Below, in pieces: positions 26,612 to 35,406 of a stretch of 42,812 bases of DNA. A model generated the notes under the pieces. The model did not search any database, was not told the DNA's origin, and saw nothing but the letters and a program-made list of their open reading frames with translations. The stretch's first letter is position 1. Each line of letters starts with the position of its first letter. This DNA comes from Methanosphaera sp. rholeuAM74 (GTDB lineage: Archaea > Methanobacteriota > Methanobacteria > Methanobacteriales > Methanobacteriaceae), in NCBI GenBank assembly GCA_003266075.1, contig MUZZ01000198.1, forward strand, positions 9,980 through 52,791. The letters are read 5' to 3'. The translations under genes were made by a program, and so were the position numbers.

Positions 26612-29232
26612 GACTATTGCCTAAGGAAATTGGTAGTGAATGTAGTCTTGATGAATATAATGCATACCAATACTTATTATATCACATGCCATGTTGGAAT
26701 GAACAATTATATCTATACACAGACACATCAACTAATGGAAAATATGCCAACTACCAATTAATTGCAGACGAAGAATACCTTCAACCAGAAAAAAATAACA
26801 ATTACAGAATAGAAAAACCATTCACAAACTCCCACCCCCACCTACAAATACAAATAGACAACATAAACACACTACTGACACCAGAAAACATAGGATACAC
26901 AGCAACACTGTTCATCAAAAAACCCACAACCCCTGAACAAGTCACAATAGAATACACAGACGAAACACAAACAACACAACACATAACAGAAACAATAAAC
27001 CCCGACCCCACCAACAACCAGGAAATCAACGACACACTACAAGACGAAGCACACCCACAAACAAACATAAAAGAAGACTACACACCAATAACAATAGAAG
27101 CAACATTAGAAAACAACATCCTAAAAATACCACTATACAAGGATACCACAGAATCATTACCAGCAAACACACTAATAAGCAACTACATAGAACTCAACCT
27201 AAACCTATACAAAAAACCATACATCGACATACAAAATGGAATAGCAAACGAACCAGACCAAATACTGGTAAACAGCGTCAAAGAATTAAATCTACTAATA
27301 CACTACGCACCAACAGATGGAACACAAACCACCATAAGACTAGACAGCAACAACACATACAACCTAACTAAAACCCTGACAATCAAGGAAGGACAAAACA
27401 TAGTACTAATGGGAGGAACCAACACCAACGCAATACTCAACGGAACAACACCACACAGAAGCATAATAGTAGAATCAGGTGCCACACTAATACTACGAAA
27501 CATCACTCTAACAGGAAACGATGCAACCAAATGCACATACACAAAAGGAAAAGGAGGAGCAGTACTAGTAGAATCCAAAACACACAACAAGAAAAACACA
27601 TACGGAACACTAATATGCAGAAACTGCACATTCAAAGACAACACAGCAACACTAGGAGGAGCCATATACTCCTGGCACGCAGGACTCAACATACAAAAAT
27701 GTACATTCACAAACAACAACGCAACCGATGGAGGGGCAATATACTACTACTCCAACGACATTGTCCTAGAAATGAAAGACATATATACAAAGCCAGGACA
27801 AACAATCACACCCACAGTACAAGTAAAAACATACACCAACACGAACGTAAACAACGGTGAAATAGAATTCTACACACAATGGGATAACAAAAAACACACA
27901 GCAACAATCAACAATGGTAAAGCAACATTCACAACAACCATACCCGCAGACACCAAACTAAAAACAACAAACATCCTAGCAACATATCCGGGAGACTCAA
28001 TCAATGATCCCGAACAATGCCTCAACACAATATACATACAACAAAAAGAGGAATACACGGCAACAATAGGAAGCATAGACACGCCAGTATACCGTGGAGA
28101 CTGGATAACAATATATGCAACAATAAAAGACAAAAATAACAACATAACAAACTACCCCAACGGGATATTCACATTCAACAACAAAGTAGTAAACCACACA
28201 CGAAGCAACGACAAATACCAACTCAAAATACAGATACCAGAAACAGCACCAAACACCATACCCATAACATTTGAACTAGAAGAAAACGACGACTACAAAA
28301 GCAACAAAGCAACATACACCATAGACAATGTAATCAACAAACCACAAACAACAACCACCAGTACAAATACAGGAACAAGTACAACCAACCTCCCAGCAAA
28401 CATAACCGGACTACTATTATACAAAAATAGTGTAACCAACCAAAACGTCACAACATCAATGATAGACAACTGGATAAATAATGGAATAACAGACCTCTAC
28501 ATAACAATCAATGACTGGAAAAACAACACACTACTAAACAACACAATAAACTCAGCAAAAAACAAAAACATACGATTACACGCAAAACTAAATGTATTCT
28601 ACGATACCAGCAAAAGTGTGCAAAAATGGGGTGCAAGTAAAGGATACATAGACCTCAACAGAACCGAAACAATAAAGAAACTAATAGACGAAATAACCAA
28701 ACTACAAATAGATGGAATCTGCTTAGACTACCTGCGATACCCCGGAACAGGAGATAAATCAACAGGAATGAACTGGAACATACCAGAAAAAACCAAAGTA
28801 GACAACATAACCAACACACTAAAAACACTAACAGACTACATAAAAAGCAAAGGACAATACACTACCAGCATGACAGTAATGCCAGACACAACATATAACC
28901 CACCAGCATACGGACAACACTACAGCCAACTATCACCACTAGTAGACTACCTGATACCATTAACATACAAATACCAATACAACCAAAATGACACATGGAT
29001 TAACAACGTAATCAACTACATAAACAATCAAACCAAAAACAAAAAAATAGTACCAGCAATACAAACATACACCGATGACAACCACCCAACAACGACAAAA
29101 ATTACTAAAAGCAACCTAGAAACCACAATGAAAATCCTAATCAAACAAAACAAATCCCAAGGAATAATACTATACTATGAAGGTGCAATAGAAACCTACC
29201 CAACACCATACAATACACTAATGGAGGAATGA
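26608..29232 (+). CDS. Adhesin-like fibre: beta-helix (GGAI/FxxN repeats), Ig-like domains and C-terminal putative glycoside hydrolase TIM barrel (DUF4015/GHL10-like)
   Basis: 'CTFKDNTATLGGAIY' repeats; 'IRLHA.LNVF...IDGICLDYLRYPG...YGQHYSQLSPLVDYLIPLTY...IVPAIQTY'. Confidence 0.8.
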   Translation: MRLLPKEIGSECSLDEYNAYQYLLYHMPCWNEQLYLYTDTSTNGKYANYQLIADEEYLQPEKNNNYRIEKPFTNSHPHLQIQIDNINTLLTPENIGYTATLFIKKPTTPEQVTIEYTDETQTTQHITETINPDPTNNQEINDTLQDEAHPQTNIKEDYTPITIEATLENNILKIPLYKDTTESLPANTLISNYIELNLNLYKKPYIDIQNGIANEPDQILVNSVKELNLLIHYAPTDGTQTTIRLDSNNTYNLTKTLTIKEGQNIVLMGGTNTNAILNGTTPHRSIIVESGATLILRNITLTGNDATKCTYTKGKGGAVLVESKTHNKKNTYGTLICRNCTFKDNTATLGGAIYSWHAGLNIQKCTFTNNNATDGGAIYYYSNDIVLEMKDIYTKPGQTITPTVQVKTYTNTNVNNGEIEFYTQWDNKKHTATINNGKATFTTTIPADTKLKTTNILATYPGDSINDPEQCLNTIYIQQKEEYTATIGSIDTPVYRGDWITIYATIKDKNNNITNYPNGIFTFNNKVVNHTRSNDKYQLKIQIPETAPNTIPITFELEENDDYKSNKATYTIDNVINKPQTTTTSTNTGTSTTNLPANITGLLLYKNSVTNQNVTTSMIDNWINNGITDLYITINDWKNNTLLNNTINSAKNKNIRLHAKLNVFYDTSKSVQKWGASKGYIDLNRTETIKKLIDEITKLQIDGICLDYLRYPGTGDKSTGMNWNIPEKTKVDNITNTLKTLTDYIKSKGQYTTSMTVMPDTTYNPPAYGQHYSQLSPLVDYLIPLTYKYQYNQNDTWINNVINYINNQTKNKKIVPAIQTYTDDNHPTTTKITKSNLETTMKILIKQNKSQGIILYYEGAIETYPTPYNTLMEE

Positions 29233-29235
29233 AAA

Positions 29236-30483
29236 ATGTTTACCGGATGGAAAATTCCAACACAAGTAACTCAAAATAACAAAAAAGCCATAAACGGAGG
29301 ACGAGCATGCTACTCATTCATCAACCTAAACAACCTCAAAAGAAATGATAATACATACACAGACATACCCCTAAGTGGGGGAATAGACTCCCAACACCAC
29401 AGCCCAGAAATATACACTAGTGGATACCAATTCAACATACCCGAAAAGGCATCCATCAAACAGATACAAATATTACATATCATACAGCAAAGAACCAACA
29501 GCCGAAACGGAAAACACAAAGGCGAAGTCACAAGCAAATTCAGAACAATAAAACTCAAAACAGGAGCAAGCAGTACCGACGGGGGAATAGGAAACAACAA
29601 AGCCAACAATAAAACACTACAATTCAGGAAATGGACAGATGAAAAAACAGGATTAACAACATACACACCAACACAATGGGGAGTACCAGACATCACACCA
29701 AGCCAGATAAACAACTCCAACTTTGGATGCGTAAGCCAATGGACAGGACTCTACAAAAACACATGGACTACACCAGCAATAAGAAAAATTATGATGAACA
29801 TCGAATACGAACTACCCATAATAACAGCAACAGCCACAAAAGACAACAAACTAATACAATCACAGACCAAAATAAATGTACTAGTCAACGAAAACGATAG
29901 AAACAAACTGAGCCTAGACCAACCAGACACACCCATAACACTCACAGTACAATACAAGCACAAAGGAACAGGAGGACAAACACCAGTACTAGAATTTCAA
30001 AGCGACCATCTGCTAATAACAGACAATAAACTAACCAAAACCACGTTACCCACACTCACCATGGAATCTACAGATACAGAGAAAACATACACACAACAAG
30101 TGAAAATATACCCAGAAACACTCCCAGGGGTACAAAAACTAGATATAACACACGACAAAAAACATGATGATATCACCATCAATGGGGAAGATACTCCACC
30201 ATTAAATCTAATGGTACAGAATAGTAGTGTTAACACATATACAAGCATTTCTGACTTCTTGAACATGAACAATAACCCATATGAAGATATTAACCAACGT
30301 TTCATCGTCATGAATAGTACCTTTCAGAAGAATAGTGCAACACATAAGGGTGGTGCGATTTTTGTTAAAAGTGAAAGATTCTATAGACGATCTAACACTA
30401 TACCTACTAGTGGTGGTACTGCCAATACTGCTAGTAGTGGTAGTCCTGCTATTGATTGGAGAGGAACTGCTGTGACAAAATAA
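29236..30483 (+). CDS. Virion/adhesin-like protein ending in a beta-helix rung
   Basis: N-terminal 'MFTGWKIPTQVTQ...WG...TPSQINNSNFG' jelly-roll-like region; C-terminal 'NSTFQKNSATHKGGAIFV'. Confidence 0.7.
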   Translation: MFTGWKIPTQVTQNNKKAINGGRACYSFINLNNLKRNDNTYTDIPLSGGIDSQHHSPEIYTSGYQFNIPEKASIKQIQILHIIQQRTNSRNGKHKGEVTSKFRTIKLKTGASSTDGGIGNNKANNKTLQFRKWTDEKTGLTTYTPTQWGVPDITPSQINNSNFGCVSQWTGLYKNTWTTPAIRKIMMNIEYELPIITATATKDNKLIQSQTKINVLVNENDRNKLSLDQPDTPITLTVQYKHKGTGGQTPVLEFQSDHLLITDNKLTKTTLPTLTMESTDTEKTYTQQVKIYPETLPGVQKLDITHDKKHDDITINGEDTPPLNLMVQNSSVNTYTSISDFLNMNNNPYEDINQRFIVMNSTFQKNSATHKGGAIFVKSERFYRRSNTIPTSGGTANTASSGSPAIDWRGTAVTK

Positions 30484-30522
30484 ATGAATTTAAAATATAA
30501 ATACAAGAGAGATACATATTGT

Positions 30523-30560
30523 TATTAAGAGAATATGAATGTATTCTTAATATTTTTTTT
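30523..30560 (+). terminator. Terminator of the late/tail operon
   Basis: tattaag...cttaata hairpin followed by T8. Confidence 0.6.
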
Positions 30561-30626
30561 GTATGAAATGCATGTTCCTATGAAGAAAAAAAATCATCTG
30601 ATTTAATCATGGTGGTTATCATTGTT

Positions 30627-30664
30627 CTTCTATGGAGTTCATATGATTGGGTTATTACTTTGAC
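30627..30664 (+). repeat. 38-bp direct repeat, copy 1
   Basis: cttctatggagttcatatgattgggttattactttgac; 35/38 identical to copy 2. Confidence 0.9.
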
Positions 30665-30685
30665 TTAATTGCAGGTGAAATAATT

Positions 30686-30850
30686 ATGAGTCTAAACGAA
30701 AAGAAAAAATTTGAATATTATAGCGAAATCAAAAAATTACAACACGTATGGGAGGTACGGAATCAAAGCAGAATTATGCGTGATTGTCCACAGGAGTTAT
30801 GGAAACACGGTCCTCCTGCAAGAGTAGTCAACTGTGAGGATACAATATAA
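30686..30850 (+). CDS. Small basic ORF or pseudogene between the direct repeats
   Basis: GGTGA RBS; 54 aa; the frame continues ~34 codons past TAA 30848-30850, suggesting a premature stop. Confidence 0.35.
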   Translation: MSLNEKKKFEYYSEIKKLQHVWEVRNQSRIMRDCPQELWKHGPPARVVNCEDTI

Positions 30851-30985
30851 TACCAAACTCACACATCAATGGAGATATGGAAAAAAGACAGTAAAATTAA
30901 ACAAAAGATGAAAAAAATGGGTAGAAAACACGAACTAAGCAAGGTACACGTGTGAGGATTAGATGAAGGGATGAACTGAAATTCA

Positions 30986-31023
30986 CTTCTATGGATTTCA
31001 TATGAATAGGTTATTACTTTGAC
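30986..31023 (+). repeat. 38-bp direct repeat, copy 2
   Basis: cttctatggatttcatatgaataggttattactttgac; contains the palindrome ttcatatgaa. Confidence 0.9.
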
Positions 31024-31299
31024 CACTATTTTTTATGTTTTTATTGATTATGAATAGGATATTATTTTAGTTATTTTGTTTATGTTTTTCTAGTTTTGTT
31101 TGCTTTGATGTTCATCGTGATATAACGAGGAGATTTTTAAGCTTTTCGCCTATTTTTTGCATTTGGGGTATATGTCGTGATAATATACAACATGTTTCAC
31201 AGAAATTCGAGTGTTAAATTTGGCTTTAAAATGGGGTAAATTATACAGAAAAATGGCACATTTCGACATAGGTACAGCGAATTCTCCTATATAACGAAG

Positions 31300-31560
31300 T
31301 AAAAAAAACACCATCAAAACAAAAAACAAAAACACACCCAAAACCACCAAAAAAGTACCAACAAAAAACAAGTCAAAACCATACAAAAACAAAAAACACA
31401 AAAACCACCGAAAAAGACACAAGACATATACATGAAGAGATAACAAAACACGAAAAAACAAGAAAACCAGTAAAAGAAAAAACAAACAAACACCCAAAAA
31501 GAAGCCAAACCATAAAACAATCACAGAAATAAATGGAAAAAGGAAACACCTCATTAATTA
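31300..31560. repeat. Low-complexity A/C-rich tract
   Basis: Degenerate A(3-6)C units with very few G or T. Confidence 0.8.
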
Positions 31561-31690
31561 TATAATAAACCCCAAATTATACACACAACAATAATATCAT
31601 CCAATATAACGTGATTAAGAAATCACCACCCCCCATTACTTCACAGTTATTGTGAATGAAATCTATCTAAAGCACATGAAAATTTCAATT

Positions 31691-31828
31691 TCAAGAAATA
31701 ACAACTAACTCATCTACTATATATGGAATTAAATCATGATGTATGTTTAAATCTCTGGACAATTCTATATCCGTGATAACCCCCTCATTCTTTGCTTCTA
31801 ATAATGTGTTGATATACTTAACTTCAAA
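31691..31828 (-). pseudogene. Gene fragment resembling the C-terminus of XRE-ImmA/IrrE proteins
   Basis: FEVKYINTLLEAKNEGVITDIELSRDLNIHHDLIPYIVDELVVIS*, with no start codon. Confidence 0.3.
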
Positions 31829-32091
31829 TGTTTTGTCTGTTTTCGACTATTTCGAGCATTGGTTTGATTTCGTCATTCATGTTAATCTCCTTGATTATTT
31901 TATCACAAGAGTGTTTTTGATAAACATACTCTTGTGCGAAGGATAAACTCATAAATTTATTCCAGAGAAATCTAATATAACCTCTTTTTCATGTGTATTG
32001 TTAACGTGTTTTGCAATAAATTTTCAGCTGTGAAACTCATTTCAAGACTATTATTATATAATGGTTTAAGTTTAATTATTCTATTTTGCAT
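31824..32091 (-). pseudogene. STAS-like DUF4325 protein with two frameshifts
   Basis: Reconstructed MQNRIIKLKPLYNNSLEMSFTAENLLQ/HVNNTHEKEVILDFSGI/FMSLSFAQEYVYQK...LEIVENRQNI*; start overlaps the HATPase end. Confidence 0.7.
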
Positions 32092-32944
32092 CTTTTACCA
32101 CCCTCATATTTATAAGGTGTAGTGAAAATAACTCCAGTATCCAAAGTGTCATAGAAGTTTACTGGATTGTTTCGTAGTTTTATCGTTATCAACGTTCCTT
32201 TGAATACATCTTTATTATCTAATTGATGGTATTGGTATTCTCTTAGTTTACTATCAATTTCAAGAGCTGCACCTCTAGATACTATTAATGCAGAACCACA
32301 GTTAGCATCCATTAGTTTTAAACAAGACCCTAATCCATTTCCCCTATCCCTATTAGGAATTGTGCTATAACCACTTATTACTTGTTCTATAGCTTCACAA
32401 TCATCATCAAATTGTATGTTGTTCTTTTCGAGCTTTCCTGGTATAGATAATCCATCATCATACACACATATGTCAACTTTTTTCCATGTAGGATACTCTT
32501 GAGCATAACAATATCCATAACTTGCATAGTCTTGCTCGAAGGGAGTGTGATCATATATGTTGCCTGTTAATTCATTTACTATGAAATTTACTGTTTGATG
32601 TCCAGCATATTCCTCATTAATTTTCATGGCTATATGCGAACTCAAGGATTCACCATTAATTGCTTGTCTAGTTTTCGGAAGTATTGTGAATGGAGTGTTT
32701 GTAGGTGTCTGTTCTTGTTTAATAATTGTTGATACATAAGGAATGTTTTTTGGTTAAGTCTAATATCAGTTATATTGTTTTTCATCACATATCTTAGTAA
32801 GAGTATTAATGTTGTGGGTGCTATGAATTCTTCGTTATGTATATCTAAACGTTGTGAACCAGAATTTTCTTTGATTATTTTTTCATATTTAAGATAATCA
32901 TTAAATAAATTCTTGTTTTTTATAGTCATATCAAGTACTCTCAT
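32076..32944 (-). pseudogene. STAS-like + histidine-kinase-like ATPase (HATPase_c), split by one frameshift near 32750
   Basis: N box 'NELTGNIYDH', G1 'YDDGLSIP', 'RGNGLG' and 'FKGTLI'; adding one A to the A6 run at ~32746-32751 joins ORFs 32642-32944 and 32076-32645. Confidence 0.75.
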
Positions 32945-32996
32945 TTAAACGGTATATTATATTAATGCGTACTAAGTAAGCCTGATTTTTATATTT

Positions 32997-33229
32997 TATT
33001 CAGTAACTATTAAGGCTTCATTATTAATGAATATGGTGGAGATTGGAGTATTTATTATCATGGATGAGGTTGTCAAATTCAAAATTTCATAGTTAAATTG
33101 ATTCGCTCGTTTGTGGATTTGATTTGTGCAATAATCTTTTTTGGATGAATCAGTAATTCTGGGTTCATATTTAATATTTTTGGAAGCATTTATGAAATCT
33201 ATTCATATGAGGTTTTTTATATTTTTCAT
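32997..33229 (-). pseudogene. Possible inactivated partner gene downstream of the Panacea antitoxin
   Basis: ATG 6 bp after the antitoxin stop; TGA at codon 9, then the frame stays open for ~68 codons. Confidence 0.3.
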
Positions 33230-33235
33230 ATTTTT

Positions 33236-33724
33236 CTAAGTCGCTTCGTATTCTTCGTCTCTATAAAAAACAAATTCGTAATCTAATTCTCCATTATCTT
33301 CAGTTGCTAACCATGGCATATCTCCATGTGAGTAATCGCTGATTCTTGTAGCTGTCATGTCACTTAATTTATCTACTACTTCGTCAATAGTTATTAATTC
33401 ATTGTGTGATAGTGGGGTAATATCTGTTTTATCAGTAAGATAATATTTGTGTAATTCTTTTCCTTTGAATGGGACTATTTTTTCTGTAAATTCGTTATTG
33501 TCTTTCATTGTTTTTAGCAGTTGGTCTACATGGCTGGAGTAAGGTCCTCGTTCATATTTTAGATATGTTTCTCCAGTTATTGATTTTTCATATTTTTCAT
33601 AGAAATTAAAGTCTGAAAAGTAAGCTAATTTAATTATAACTGTTTTACCCACATTTTTTTTGTTTTCACATCTGCTTATGATGTAAGATATTAATGCTTT
33701 GAATTTTTCAGGGTTAAACTCCAT
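33236..33724 (-). CDS. Panacea-domain (DUF4065/SocA) antitoxin
   Basis: 'KT..IKLAYFSDF..Y.....SITG..Y.K...GPY...SDYSH.D.PW' signature. Confidence 0.88.
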   Translation of the reverse strand: MEFNPEKFKALISYIISRCENKKNVGKTVIIKLAYFSDFNFYEKYEKSITGETYLKYERGPYSSHVDQLLKTMKDNNEFTEKIVPFKGKELHKYYLTDKTDITPLSHNELITIDEVVDKLSDMTATRISDYSHGDMPWLATEDNGELDYEFVFYRDEEYEAT

Positions 33725-33812
33725 TTTTTATTAACTCCTATTGATTTACGATATTTTTACATATCTTCTATTTAGAAGGTATGTGTTTTTCTTGTACATA
33801 TACCTTATCATG

Positions 33813-33835
33813 GTTATACTCTGTGTTCGTATAAC
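33813..33835. promoter_or_regulatory. Inverted repeat upstream of the Panacea gene
   Basis: gttatac-N9-gtataac, ~90 bp upstream of the start. Confidence 0.35.
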
Positions 33836-34272
33836 TTGTTACATAATCTAGTATGAAAACTATTGGATGGTAGAAGTATAAATGTATGTAGAGTTAGATC
33901 TAGAAACACTTGAAGTTATGATAAATCAACTCATCAAATCGGATGGAATAGAAACAACACACTATTAGTAGAAAAACAATGGAGAACACTACTTAGACAA
34001 TGTAGCAGTAATATTACAATACAAATGTAACTATTTACAGCATTTAATTTTGTTACAAGAAAATCTTCCTGCAACTGCCACTATAAACAGTACAGTAAAG
34101 TGACTGTTCTAGATAAAGCTTGATGATGAGTCGTTGCCCTATATTTGAGTTTATTATGCTATAGTAAAATGATATTTCTTTTAATGATACTTTATTGAGG
34201 GTTGTCTGGATTATGCATATGAAAACAAGATTTAAAATAGATGTGGGGGTGGAAATAGGTTGTTGGCATCTA

Positions 34273-35208
34273 TTAAAGATCCACTTTTCTTCCACCTTTT
34301 ACTTCACGACCGTCTGTGCTAGTGATTACTATGTAATCCATCAGGTGATTTATCTGGTAATCCTTGAGGTTGAGCTTATCTTTCAAGTCATTGGCTGATG
34401 TGATGTAGTTGCCGTTTTCTCTCATTTGCATGATTTTGTTTACGTGCATGATGTTGATGCCTGGAAGTTTTGATATTTCATCTCTTGTTGCGGTGTTTAT
34501 GTCTATTTTTTGTTTTGGCTTTTCTATTGTTGGTTTAATGTTGGGTTTTATGTCTTCTTGTTTTGGTGGTGTTGGTTTTGGTCTGTTATCCCAGTCATTC
34601 CAATCATCATGTTTTATTATATTATTATTTGTTGGTTTTGGCTTGTTATCGTCTAGTTTCATCACAGTATCTATTATGTTCTTATTGTAGTTGAATTGTT
34701 GGCTTTGATGGTATGGTGAGATATGATATTCTCCTTTGATTGCACTTATTTGTCTGCTATTAAAGCCTAAATACTTTAAGTCATTAAAGTCTGTTATGTA
34801 TATGTTATAATCTCTTAGATTTATTAATCCCCTTGCCTGGCTGTCGCTGATTATTCCATTGTCTATTAGGAATCTGAAATTTGCGGTATTTATGTCGTAG
34901 AGGTTGTAGCCATCATTGTATTCTGGGTATCGTTCTTGTGTCGTGTTTTCTATTTGTCTATCATAGTTGTTGTTTTCTGTGTCTGTATCATCACTGGTTA
35001 GATGATAGATTATTCCTGTAATAATAATGGTTAATGTGAATATTAATAGCTTTCCAGCCCCATTAGAAGCTACGTACAAGAGTATTATGAATATTCCTAT
35101 TGGAATGGTACAGCATGTTACTGTATCGTTGTCAAATGATCCGATAACTAGTAGTATTGAGATAATGATTATTATTAGGCCTATTATTTCTAGTATCACT
35201 TTTTCCAC
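34273..35208 (-). CDS. Membrane-anchored helix-hairpin-helix (ComEA-like) DNA-binding protein
   Basis: Three N-terminal TM segments; 'KIDINTATRDEISKLPGI...KIMQMRE.G...SANDL' plus a degenerate earlier copy 'YDINTAN'. Confidence 0.8.
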   Translation of the reverse strand: MEKVILEIIGLIIIIISILLVIGSFDNDTVTCCTIPIGIFIILLYVASNGAGKLLIFTLTIIITGIIYHLTSDDTDTENNNYDRQIENTTQERYPEYNDGYNLYDINTANFRFLIDNGIISDSQARGLINLRDYNIYITDFNDLKYLGFNSRQISAIKGEYHISPYHQSQQFNYNKNIIDTVMKLDDNKPKPTNNNIIKHDDWNDWDNRPKPTPPKQEDIKPNIKPTIEKPKQKIDINTATRDEISKLPGINIMHVNKIMQMRENGNYITSANDLKDKLNLKDYQINHLMDYIVITSTDGREVKGGRKVDL

Positions 35209-35406
35209 CTTTGTTATTGATATTCTGCTGATATGCTTTTAGTATAAATTATGTTTTGTGGATTTTCATATTTAATCATTGCTATTATTATTAAACCAAT
35301 TTTAATGGGTTAGATTAATTGATTGTGATTATCGGTGTTTGATGGGATTTGTCTAAAAAAAAAGATTATTGTTGGGGGAGAGTTATGATATATTGTTTTT
35401 TTGTGT

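Larger units (their letters stand above)
1..30560 (+). mobile_element. Provirus (Caudoviricetes, contractile tail) tail/baseplate/fibre module; left part lies outside the window and the right boundary is approximate
   Basis: Co-oriented, often translationally coupled genes in the order sheath, tube, TAC, TMP, hub, gp25, baseplate J/I, fibres; lysins present; hairpin+T8 terminator at 30523-30560. Confidence 0.88.

Noticed and set aside
4693-30311. Numerous antisense and alternate-frame ORFs inside the TMP, hub and fibre genes
   Set aside because: Shadow ORFs expected from the strong A/C or G/T skew that depletes stop codons; no RBS or motifs
13705-30483. Diversity-generating retroelement targeting the adhesins
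   Set aside because: No reverse transcriptase and no adenine-mismatched TR/VR pair seen by eye; one outside the window cannot be excluded
30627-31023. Mini-CRISPR array (38-bp repeats)
   Set aside because: Only two copies, separated by 321 bp, far longer than a spacer; no cas genes
31150-31554. Hydrophobic F/V/L-rich minus-strand ORFs (31150-31554, 31314-31520)
   Set aside because: Translation artefacts of the low-complexity A/C tract
31743-31946. 67-aa plus-strand ORF
   Set aside because: Antisense to the DUF4325 pseudogene and ImmA-like fragment, which explain the region better
33826-33850. loxP-like ttcgtataa motif (and tataacgaagt at ~31290)
   Set aside because: Short matches in AT-rich DNA with no paired 13-bp arms
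33882-34398. Short ORFs/remnant between the Panacea and ComEA-like genes
   Set aside because: Interrupted by stops with no recognisable motif; 34053-34295 and 34195-34398 overlap the ComEA-like gene end
30484-35400. tRNA integration target or integrase at the right boundary
   Set aside because: No cloverleaf/T-loop motif or recombinase ORF recognisable
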